NCBI GenBank assembly: GCA_054661495.1
Contig: BAAFSQ010000269.1
Location: 1 to 13,585, forward strand
Source: Zygophlyctis sp. KS116
Taxonomy: Eukaryota > Fungi > Chytridiomycota
Direction of reading: 5' to 3'
Length of the DNA: 13,585 nucleotides
Under the pieces are notes generated by a model that made no database searches, had not been told where the DNA came from, and was given only the letters and a program-made list of their open reading frames with translations. Both the position numbers and the translations under genes were made by a program. Positions within the stretch are counted from its first letter, which is position 1; every line of letters begins with the position of its first letter. Below are positions 1 to 8,897 of this stretch, piece after piece.

Positions 1-2
1 CG

Positions 3-50
3 GAGCTCTACTATCCTTCTGAATTGGCTGATGAAGTTGATTATGTTTGA
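3..50 (+). CDS. Possible C-terminal end of an upstream gene (ELYYPSELADEVDYV*)
   Basis: The frame is open from the window edge to TGA 48-50, has host-like codon use and is followed by a T-rich spacer. It is too short to identify. Confidence 0.3.
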   Translation, partial: ELYYPSELADEVDYV

Positions 51-103
51 GATTTTTAAGAAATTTAGTTTTTGATTAGAATTATTTTTCGAGATTTTGG
101 AGA

Positions 104-1565
104 ATGCAACTCAAGATGAGACTTTCGCGATCGATTTATAACAAGAGCTGTTCTCCGATTATATGCAAAACTGCCGCAGAAGCAGTCCAGCCTATCAAAT
201 CAAAGGATGTGGTATATGTTCATTCAGTTGCTGCAACTCCGTCAACTCTTTTAAATGCTTTGTCTAAAAGAGCCGCAGAGTTGAGCCAAGTTCAGTTTTG
301 TCATATCCATTTGGAAAAATCCAATCCTTGCCTTGATGAGAAATATGCTGATTCTTTTTTTAGTAATCATTATTTTGTTGGTGCGAATGCTCGATCACAA
401 CTATCAAAGTTATCAAATGCTTATACACCAATCTTTCTCTCTGATGTTCCAAAGTATTTTCTAAATTAACTTACAATTCTAGACTTTTTAATGATGGATA
501 TGTAACGCCTGATATTGCATTGATAAATGTGTCGACGCCTGATAAACATGGTAATTGTTCTCTTGGAGTGGAAGTCGCTACTTCTCTTTCAGCTGTAAGA
601 AATGCTAAACTTATTATTGCTCAAGTAAATAAGTCTATGCCCAGGTAATTCATCTTGATTATTAACCATAGGACAATTGGTATGGGAGAAATTCAATATA
701 ATCAGCTCGATTATGTCTTAAATGTGGATGAGCCAGTGCCGCAATTTACTCCAAAGGATATAAGTGAAGTAGAGAGAAAAATCTCTGGATATATTGCTGA
801 ATTGATTCCAGATGGAGCTACGTTGCAAATGGGTATTGGTAATATTCCTAATGCTGTTTTATCTTCTCTCGGTAATCATCAAAATCTAGGAATACATACT
901 GAAATGTTTTCAGATGGATTGATTCCTCTTTTAGAAAGTGGAGTAGTAAATAACTCAAAAAAGACTTTTCTGAATTCAAAAACTGTAACATCTTTTATAA
1001 TGGGATCTCAAAACCTTTATGATTTTGTTGATGATAATCCCAAGGTTATTTTTTTGGATGCTAGTGTTGTTAATAACCCCCAAATTATCGTAATCTAGTT
1101 TTTTGGTTTAATCTTTAGGGGTCTAATCCAAAAGTTGTTGCAATAAATTCAGCGGTTGAAATAGATCTAACTGGACAGGTTTGTGCAGATTCAGTTGGTT
1201 CAAAGATTATATCTGGAGTTGGTGGGCAGGTAACTTTATGCGTGTTTTATTTCTAGGTTGATTTTGAAAGAGGCGCTGCAATTTCTAAAGGAGGAATTCC
1301 AATTATTTGTCTCTCGTCGACATTGGAGAAAACAAAGGCATCAAGAATTGTTTCTGCTCTTAAGCCTGGGGCAGGAGTAACAACTACAAGATCACACGTA
1401 CATTGGGTCGTTACAGAGTACGGAAGGACGAATCTCTTTGGAAAGAATATGATTCAAAGGGCAAAGTCGCTTATTAATTTGGCTCATCCTGATCATCGCG
1501 AGGAGTTGGAAAAGGAAGCATCAAAGAATTTTTCCGTAAAAGCTTGGGAGTGGCAGTTTCATTAA
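104..1565 (+). CDS. Acetyl-CoA hydrolase / 4-hydroxybutyrate CoA-transferase family protein (449 aa spliced), probable mitochondrial presequence
   Basis: Exons 104-453, 483-644, 672-1089, 1119-1229, 1257-1565; GT-AG introns 454-482, 645-671, 1090-1118, 1230-1256. The spliced protein has LIPDGATLQMGIG, GIHTEMFSDG (catalytic Glu), INSAVEIDLTGQVCADSVG, SGVGGQVDF and VVTEYG. The N-terminus is basic, Ser-rich and lacks acidic residues. Confidence 0.93.
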
Positions 1566-1605
1566 CTCAAAAAACTAGATTCACAATACTTTAACCTTTA
1601 GTTTT

Positions 1606-3435
1606 TCAACGAATAGATATAACTCCTGCATTAATCAGGATGTTTATCTTGTTGGCAATCATTGGGTTTTTCAAATGACTATAGTTTAAAAAATAAAAAA
1701 GCTTACTCTCTAGCTGCAGATGGGTCCTGCTGCATCTGTTGTAATATAGATTGCATGACAGGATCTGCTAAAATTTGTTGAACCTCGGGGTCATTCTGCG
1801 CACGTTTCAAATTCTCTTCACGATTTGCCCCGCTTTGAACTTCTGATAATCCAGCATAACACTTTGCTATCAGCTGATCAATTTCAGTAGCACTTTTTCC
1901 TTCTGTATCTTTGTCCTTGGCGTCCTTTAACCAATTCATTGCTTTCATAAAATCACGCTTTGCAATAAGTACTGCACCTTTACGAATGTATCCTTTAACA
2001 AAGTTAGGATCGTGTTTCAGAGCCATATCACAATCTTTATCTGCTTCTGGAAGAGCTAAAAGTTTAATGTAGCATGCAGCTCTATTAGTATAGTTCCTAG
2101 CTAAATGTTTAAACCAAAAAAAGCATACCATCTACGTCATTTCGTTTAATAGCTTCAGTATAGTGTTTGACAGCTTCTGCATATTCGTGATTCTTGAAAT
2201 ACTTGTTTCCTTCTTCTCTAGCTTTATCAGAAAGAGCTGGATCTCTATATGACTCTAAATCCTTTTCCTTTTTGAGTTTTTCAGTTTCTCTAAGTTTTGC
2301 CAAGATATCTGCAGTTCTATGCTCAGATAATGACTTTTCAAAATATTTGATTGCATTAACCAAATCATTCAATTTCATGTAAGCATTTCCAATTCTACCC
2401 AAAGCACGAGCAATCAATTTAAAATCTGCAAACTGATCACGCCCAAGTTGAACAGCCTCTTCACAAACCTTGATACAATCTTGATACTTTTCCATTTCAA
2501 ACAATACAGCAGATTTATTTGTCAAAATTGCAACATTTGATGGATCTAATTCCCAAGCTTTTTCATAATACTCTAATGCCTCATTAAACATTTTCTTCTT
2601 GTAAGCATTATTTCCCAATTCTTTTTGAGCATTAGAATCAGTTCTTAATTTCTTTTTTTCCTGTTCTTCAGGTGCAAGTTCTTCTTCTGGTTCAGGAACT
2701 ACAGTTGGCTCAGGACCCTTTTTAGCAGTATTATTTTCCTTTTTAAAAGATGTAGATTCAACACCTTCTTCTCTTAAAACCTTGTCAGCCTCTTCAGCAG
2801 AAGTTGCCACTTGAGCATCTAATCCCATCATACTCTAAAATTTAGAAAAACTAAATTTAAAATACCATTAAAACCGTCATAATTCTAGGATCATTCATAT
2901 ATTGATTCATTGAAGAAGGATTGCCTTGAATCGCCTGAATTTTCGCCATAAAATCTGGTTGAGCCAAATACGGAGCACATTTTGGATTAGAAGCAATTTT
3001 ATTGATTAAATCCGGACCAAAAAGTCCACCTAATGCACCCATTGTACTTGAAGACATTGCATCTTCCGCCTCTTTCATCCCTTTTAAGAGAGTTGTATTA
3101 TTTGGATCCTAAATCATGAATTATTAAAAACCAACCATTTTCAAACCATCTTCAAAAGCCTGAATAGCTTCTCTAAATTGACCCAATCCCTGATAAGCCG
3201 CACCTTTTCTAGAATAACCTTTTGCCCAATCTCCTTTTATAGAAATTGTCTTGTCCGCATCTTGCAGAGCCAAATCATACTTTTTCAACGATGCATATGC
3301 AGCAGATCTATTAGAATACAAGACATGATTCGACGGATCTGAATTGATCGCCTTACTAAAACAGTCTATAGCAGCATCAAAATCCCCCTCTTGAAATGCC
3401 TTGTTACCAGCAGCTTTAAAGTCTAGCTCAGTCAT
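1606..3435 (-). CDS. STI1: Hsp70/Hsp90 organizing co-chaperone Sti1/HOP (571 aa spliced)
   Basis: Introns 3109-3135, 2835-2865, 2101-2128 and 1679-1706 join four ORF pieces plus a short terminal exon (1606-1678) into TPR1-DP1-TPR2A-TPR2B-DP2. Motifs: NHVLYSNRSAAY, WAKGYSRKGAA, DPRIM, KSLSEHRT, DPEVQQILADPVMQSILQQMQQDP, ending LINAGVISIR*. Confidence 0.96.
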
Positions 3436-3495
3436 TTTTCTTACGCCTCAATTTGTGGCGTTGGTTTCTGGAAAAACTTTAAATTGCCCAGTTGA

Positions 3496-3540
3496 AGGTT
3501 TATTCTATTCTTGTAGGTTTATTCTATTCATGTAGGTTTA
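3496..3540. repeat. 19-bp tandem repeat (about 2.4 copies) in the STI1/ARMC2 divergent promoter
   Basis: aggtttattctattcttgt (3496-3514), aggtttattctattcatgt (3515-3533), aggttta (3534-3540). A second short duplication, ttttccttgag x2, lies at 3620-3641. Confidence 0.85.
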
Positions 3541-3706
3541 CTACTATCGGTTTAAAATTTGAAATTTGAGATTTGAGAGTTTAGTCATAAATTAATAAAT
3601 TTAAAGAGTTTCTAAGTGTTTTTCCTTGAGTTTTCCTTGAGTTTTTAAGAGTTTTTTTCCGAAATTACGACATTTTAGTAGATTAGACAATTAGACTCAA
3701 AGAGAA

Positions 3707-5099
3707 ATGACTGATAAAATGTCTTTTGAGATTATAAAGTCTGCTAGAGCTTCTCTTTTACTACCTTCTAGACCAAAGACTCCAATGTGTAGTAAATTAC
3801 ACTTGAAATCTCTTTCACCACTTTCTAATTTAGAGTTGGAGTTGGATTCAGACTTGAGCACAAATCCTATAGCTACAATTAATAAAATACTAGAATTCTT
3901 TAAAGACTCTGGACAATCATCAACCCAAATAGATAAATCTTGGGATATTTTATCTAAAATCTCTGCAACAAATCAAGGAGAAGAAGAAATTGTAAAAGGA
4001 CTAGACATTATAATGAAATTTATACTAGATACAAATCCAAGTATGGAAATGCTAAAAACATTAAAGAATTTATCATATTCTTTAAAAAATCATAAATCAC
4101 TCACAAAATATGGAATATTTAAAATAATTGATCAAGAATTAGACTCTAGTTTACAGAGATTTACAATGGAAAAAGTAATAATAATTACAGAAATTTATAG
4201 GAATTTAGCCTCAAATCCTCAAAACTCTAGATATTTTGGAAATTTCTTTTCAATTTTTAAAAGAAATTCAATTAATTCAAAGATTATATGGTTTAATATA
4301 TCAAGGATTTGTGCTAAATTATCTCTTTCTGGAATAATTTTTGATGAATTTTGGATTAGTAAATTTAAAGATTTACTCTTGGACAATGTAGAATTTCGTG
4401 TATTTTAATCTACTTTTTTAAAAATAGGATCTAATTCTAAGAGTTTTATTCATTCTTGGAAATCTAACAATGAAGCTAGGAATTCATTCTCAATTTTATA
4501 ATTATGATTTTAGTACTCTGATTGAGTATTATTTACAAAATTATGATGAAGAAGTTTTAGTCAAAATTGCAAGATTATATACAAATTTAGCACTAGATCC
4601 AATTTTAGGAATGCAAACATCATTAAAAAAAGAGATTTTAAAAATTCAAAAACTATTAAATTCAGACAATGAAGAATTAATTTTAAATTCAATGGCATGT
4701 ATTGCAAATTACACATTTTTCAAGAATGAAGAAAATCTACTTTTAAAGGAAAATTATAGACTTTTAAAGAAAGTTTTAGACTTGATGATTACAGATCATG
4801 AAGAAATTACAAATCAAGGAATTAGAATTCTATGTAATATTAGTAATACTATGAATGGAAAGGAAATATTAATCTCTGAAACGCGTCTAATATCTAATTT
4901 ATTACAACATCATAATCGTGAAATTGTATACTATACAGCATGTACAATTTTAAATATTTCTAGTATTGGAAAACTAGAATTTCTGGATTCAACTTTAAAT
5001 GATTTGGAATCTATTAAAAAGGATTGGGAACATGATTATGAACTAGACTCTCTGATAACAGCCATACTTGACCTAGTTTACAAAGCGCGAAAAAATTAG
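3707..5099 (+). CDS. ARMC2: Armadillo repeat-containing protein 2 homolog (454 aa spliced, shortened and divergent)
   Basis: One 28-nt intron, 4400-4427. ARMC2-like blocks appear in order: SFEIIKSARASL..RPKTP (cf. SAEIISEAR..RPFTP), NISRICAKLS, DLILRVLFILGNLT, EEVLVKIARLYTNLALDP, EELILNSMACIANYTF, REIVYYTACTILNIS. Confidence 0.8.
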
Positions 5100-5155
5100 C
5101 AAAAAATTATTACTAGCGCGAAAAAATCGGCAAAAAATTGGCCATACAAAAAATT
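5084..5155. repeat. Left subterminal repeat array of the element
   Basis: 25-bp direct repeat agcgcgaaaaaattagcaaaaaatt (5084-5108) / agcgcgaaaaaatcggcaaaaaatt (5115-5139), 2 mismatches. Five A6 tracts start at 5090, 5101, 5121, 5132 and 5148. Confidence 0.85.
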
Positions 5156-5165
5156 ATATTTATAA

Positions 5166-6819
5166 TCACTGCTCATTATTATCACTTCCAGCTAATCCCT
5201 CGTACATAGGAGGCTCAGTAATCCATAATTTCAGAATGTTTGTCCATTTCATCTGTGGAATTCTAGTTCTAGGTCTGCCTTGGGGAGTGTATGGTGAGAT
5301 ATTATCCGCTAACCAGCGACTGACTATGGGTCCAATATCAGATTCTGTTCTAATGGGCAAATTTTTTAAATGAGCATAACGCTCAAAGTCTCTCATTAAT
5401 TTCTGAAGTTCTCCAAATCTGCGTCTTTCTCCAGAGAAATCATGTTTATCGCAATCTTTTAGGGCAGAGATATTATTCATAGTATTTGGAAAACACCATT
5501 GTCTGAAAGCTTCTGCAGGTCCACAATCAGGAAGCTGATAATCCGCTGGCAATCTTCTTAATCGTCCATTCACATGAAAAACCTGTCGTGCCACTTGTGG
5601 TTCTGTTTGTGAAATATCCACATTAGGGGCAGTTGCCGTAGTTGATGGCTGAATATTACCCATTACTGATTGAATAGCTTGAAGCTGCTGGGAGAATTGC
5701 TGGTGAAGAATGGACTGTAAGCCATTGCTGGTAACCGAGCCTGCCCCGATTGCATTCTGTTCCAGCACCTCAATCATGCGGCTTATTGTTTGTTGTTGTG
5801 TTTCCCTAACAGCATCTGAAATATCCCTCAATGATCTTATCATTTCGCAATGCGGAGGTATTCCTGTACGAACAACGTCAAGCCTTGGGTTGTCTAGAGT
5901 ACATTTTACCGATCTCGCTACTCTTTCAAAAAATTCTATCCTTGTAAACAGGGCTGAGCGCCTTACAGGATGGTTGATTGTCAAAGTTTCGCAGATAAAT
6001 TCATGATGATAAACCAGGGATGCTAGGCACCTCCCCGCAATGAATACAAGATTATCTGGAATGTTGATAAAACATGTTCGGACTAATTCAGCATAGTTAT
6101 CATCTCCTTGTAAAAATGGACCAACAACATCAAACTCGGGATTGTGGATGGGAAGTCCAGAAACTACACGGCCGACATACATATCACCGGCAGATTCGTA
6201 ACGCAAATAAGTGTCTTGAACACCACCTAACTTCCATCCGGCTCTTAAATGAATAGCCGCTGCGGATGGGGTCATACTTGATCCTGAAGATGCATACGTG
6301 GCAGCACCTTTTCTCATCGAGTGCGTTCCCAGGTCGTCATGTTGCATTGCTCTATTTTCCAGCTCCCGTAAAACCATTTCTGATCGAGCTGCGTCGGCTA
6401 GAATATTCCTGAATCGATCGTCTTGTCTTTGGGTACCAGGAAAAAGTGCATTTGTCGAAGATCCAATGAATCCATAGGTCAGCCAATAAATTCCAAGAGA
6501 TAGAATTGGGCAGATTTCAGGCATAAGAGGGTTTGCGTATATATGTATTTGAGAAAAACATTGGCTCATGTTCTTTTCTTTCCATAAAGTTTCCTATAGA
6601 ATCCTTATCTAGTGTGTTTCTCTGCCGATCAAAGCAGTGCTCAATAAGTTCCCGTTTGAGGATAGCTGGAGTTTTTTCATAAAGCCAGTTAAAGAATCTA
6701 CTGATTGAATTAAGATAGACATTATGAGAAGATTGTGCAATTCTTGATTTTTCCCATTGCTGAATCTGATTAAAGTCTTCTTCGGATATTAAGGTTCTAA
6801 AATCAAAAGAATTATTCAT
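5166..6819 (-). pseudogene. Crypton tyrosine recombinase gene, deleted and frameshifted near 6546 (ORFs 6517-6819 and 5166-6569)
   Basis: The C-terminal ORF has HIYANPLMPEICPILSLGIY, LFPG, DLGTHSMRKGAATY (HxxR), RAGW and QDTYLRYESAGDMYVGR (Tyr nucleophile region). The N-terminal ORF has an integrase-N-like helix, SHNVYLNSISRFFNWL. The first catalytic Arg/Lys region is missing between them, and no GT-AG intron repairs the frame. Confidence 0.8.
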
Positions 6820-6840
6820 AAAAGTGCCGCAATTAAGTCC

Positions 6841-6963
6841 TTGGCAGGTTTGCCGATTTTTTCGGAAAAAAAATTTGATTTAAAATGTTTTATATGTGCG
6901 TCTCATATAAAAATTCATACAAAAAAAATTGCATTTTCCGAAAAAGTTGCCTCTGTCTGCCAA
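6841..6963. repeat. Nested imperfect palindrome at the element's 5' end
   Basis: ttggcag 6841-6847 / ctgccaa 6957-6963; tttttcggaaaa 6858-6869 / ttttccgaaaaa 6934-6945; ttttatatg 6888-6896 / catataaaa 6904-6912. All three pairs are centred at 6900-6902. Confidence 0.75.
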
Positions 6964-7131
6964 CTATTAGACCGCACTCCCCTCACCCTGCCTACTAATC
7001 AGTGAGAATTAGTCATAAAATATTGAAAATTTGTAATATTGATAAAACAGCAAGGTGGGTGAGTTATCAGAGGGCATGAGACTGAGCCACAGTCTTGGAG
7101 TCTTGTAAGGGTTGTTCAAGAAAAAAAGTCA

Positions 7132-7930
7132 ATGGGACGAGTCATCAGAGCTCAACGTAAAGGTGCGGGTAGCATTTTCAAGGCACACACTAAAAGAAGA
7201 CAAGGTGCTGCAAAGTTTAGAGCATTGGATTATGCTGAACGGTATTTTTACAATATTGATTGTTAGACATGGTTACATTCGTGGGATCGTAAAGTCAATT
7301 ATTCATGATCCAGGAAGAGGTGCTCCCCTAGCAAAAGTTGTCTTTAGACATCCTTATCAGTACAAGCAACAGGAAGAGACTTTTGTTGCTACCGAAGGAA
7401 TGTTTACTGGTCAATTTATTTACTGTGGCAAAAAGGCATCTTTGGCTGTTGGTAATGTTATGCCAGTTGGTTGTATGCCAGAGGGTACTATTGTCTGCAA
7501 TATAGAAGAAAAGGTGGGTGATCGTGGGGCTATGGCTAGAGTGGCTGGAAATTATGCAACAATTATTTCTCATAATGTTGATGATGGAAAAACTAGAGTT
7601 AAATTACCTTCAGGTTCAAAAAAAGTTATTGATTCAAATTGTCGTGCTTCAATTGGAATTATTGCTTCTGGTGGTATTATTGATAAACCTCTACTTAAAG
7701 CTGGTCGTGCTTTCCACAAGTATCGTGTCAAGAGAAATTGTTGGCCAAAGACTCGTGGTGTTGCTATGAATCCTGTTGATCATCCTCATGGTGGTGGTAA
7801 TCATCAACACATTGGTCATCCTTCAACACTCTCTCGTTATGCTCCTCCTGGTCAAAAGGTTGGTCTTGTGGCAGCTAGAAGAACTGGTCTTTTACGTGGA
7901 TCTAAAAAGGTTACAGCTGATAATGCTTAG
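7132..7930 (+). CDS. RPL2: 60S ribosomal protein uL2 (yeast L2 / human L8), 257 aa
   Basis: The true start is ATG 7132 ([19 protein letters not shown]), with a 25-nt intron at 7242-7266. Motifs: [42 protein letters not shown]. Confidence 0.98.
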
Positions 7931-8045
7931 ATTTTTGCATTTGGTGTTGTAATAAGAAGAATGGTATTATTCAATATTGTTTTTTGAGCTCCACTAGTTT
8001 TCTTAAAAGTAGAAATCTTTAAGAATTATTTATTATAGCTAAAGA

Positions 8046-8897
8046 CTATACAGAATACTTATCCAAACGAACAGAAATATTTCTACCAGAAACTTCAATT
8101 CCATCTAATCCTTTAATAGCACAATCAGCCAATTCTCTAGATTGAAAACGTGCAACTCCACATCCCTTTGATCTCCCAGAAGAGTCCAACAAGACTTCAA
8201 CATGACTTGCAGTAAATCCTTCATTTCTAATTAAATCCTTTAAATCTTGCCATCGAGTTGAAAAAGGCAACTAAATTTTAAAACTTGAAAAAATTACATT
8301 TCCAATAAAAATCTGAGCTCCATTTAGATTTTCTCCAACTGAATTTTGCATAGTACCAAATTTATCTTGTCTTACTTCTATTATACGACCATCTATTTCC
8401 CTACCATTCAAAATTTCAATTGCAGACATGGCTTCTTCTTCTGAACCCATTACAACTTGACCATAACCTTTATGTCTAAAACTAGAATCTCTTCCAATAT
8501 CAGCCCTAACGACATGTCCAACTTCTCTAAAAATATCCTTTAAATCTTGCCATTGAGTAGAAAACGGTAAATTCCCAATGTAGAGAATATTTTTAGATTT
8601 TTCAGTATCTCCAGACTCTAAATTTTCAGAACCTTTCTTGCCTTGATAATTATTTTTACCAGAAAAATCCTCTCGAACTTGTAATTTTCTTCCATTAAAC
8701 TCAAAATTATTAAACATTTCTATTCCTCTCTCTGCCTCTTCTAGAGTCTCAAAACAAACAGTCCCAAAACCTTTAGATCTGCCTCCATTCAATGCAACAT
8801 CCGCCCTTACAACCGTCCCTGCATCTTTAAACAAATCCTTTAATTCTTGCCAGCCAACACTAAATGGTAGATTTCCAACAAACAATTGTTTTGCCAT
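8046..8897 (-). CDS. Three-RRM RNA-binding protein of the Gbp2/Hrb1/hnRNP M type (274 aa)
   Basis: One 27-nt intron, 8271-8297. Three RRMs, each with a (F/Y)(V/I)GNLPFS..WQ(D/E)LKD helix and an RNP1-like KG(F/Y/C)G motif. No SR/RGG tail. Confidence 0.88.

Larger units (their letters stand above)
5063..6920 (-). mobile_element. Crypton-type (CryptonS-like) tyrosine-recombinase DNA transposon, internally deleted; boundaries tentative
   Basis: Intronless and visibly more GC-rich than the flanks, with YR-like coding sequence. Perfect 16-bp inverted repeat at 5119-5134 / 6849-6864. A CATAC direct repeat (5063-5067 and 6916-6920) lies 51 nt outside each arm. Confidence 0.75.

Noticed and set aside
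2194-2382. 62-aa + strand ORF
   Set aside because: Antisense shadow of STI1 with no recognisable motif.
3496-3540. CRISPR-like array
   Set aside because: Eukaryotic context, and the repeats are contiguous with no spacers.
3792-3833. Possible stopless 42-nt intron in ARMC2 (gtaaat...ctaatttag)
   Set aside because: Outside the 24-31 nt range and not needed to keep the frame; only RNA-seq could decide.
5085-5123. Two GCGCGAAA motifs as E2F/SBF cell-cycle promoter sites
   Set aside because: They lie between convergent 3' ends and overlap the repeat mirrored at the element's other end, so transposon subterminal repeats explain them better.
5710-6256. + strand ORFs 5710-6006 and 6074-6256
   Set aside because: Antisense to the recombinase ORF, with non-ATG starts or no motifs.
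6841-6963. Independent MITE with ttggcag/ctgccaa termini
   Set aside because: No target-site duplication, and the left arm includes the 16-mer shared with the Crypton's far end. Not fully excluded.
7112-7266. N-terminus of the 272-aa ORF (MFKKKSQW...)
   Set aside because: Artefact of reading through the 25-nt intron in the wrong frame; the real start is ATG 7132.
7328-7769. ORFs 7328-7573 (-) and 7518-7769 (+)
   Set aside because: Alternative-frame shadows of the highly conserved RPL2.
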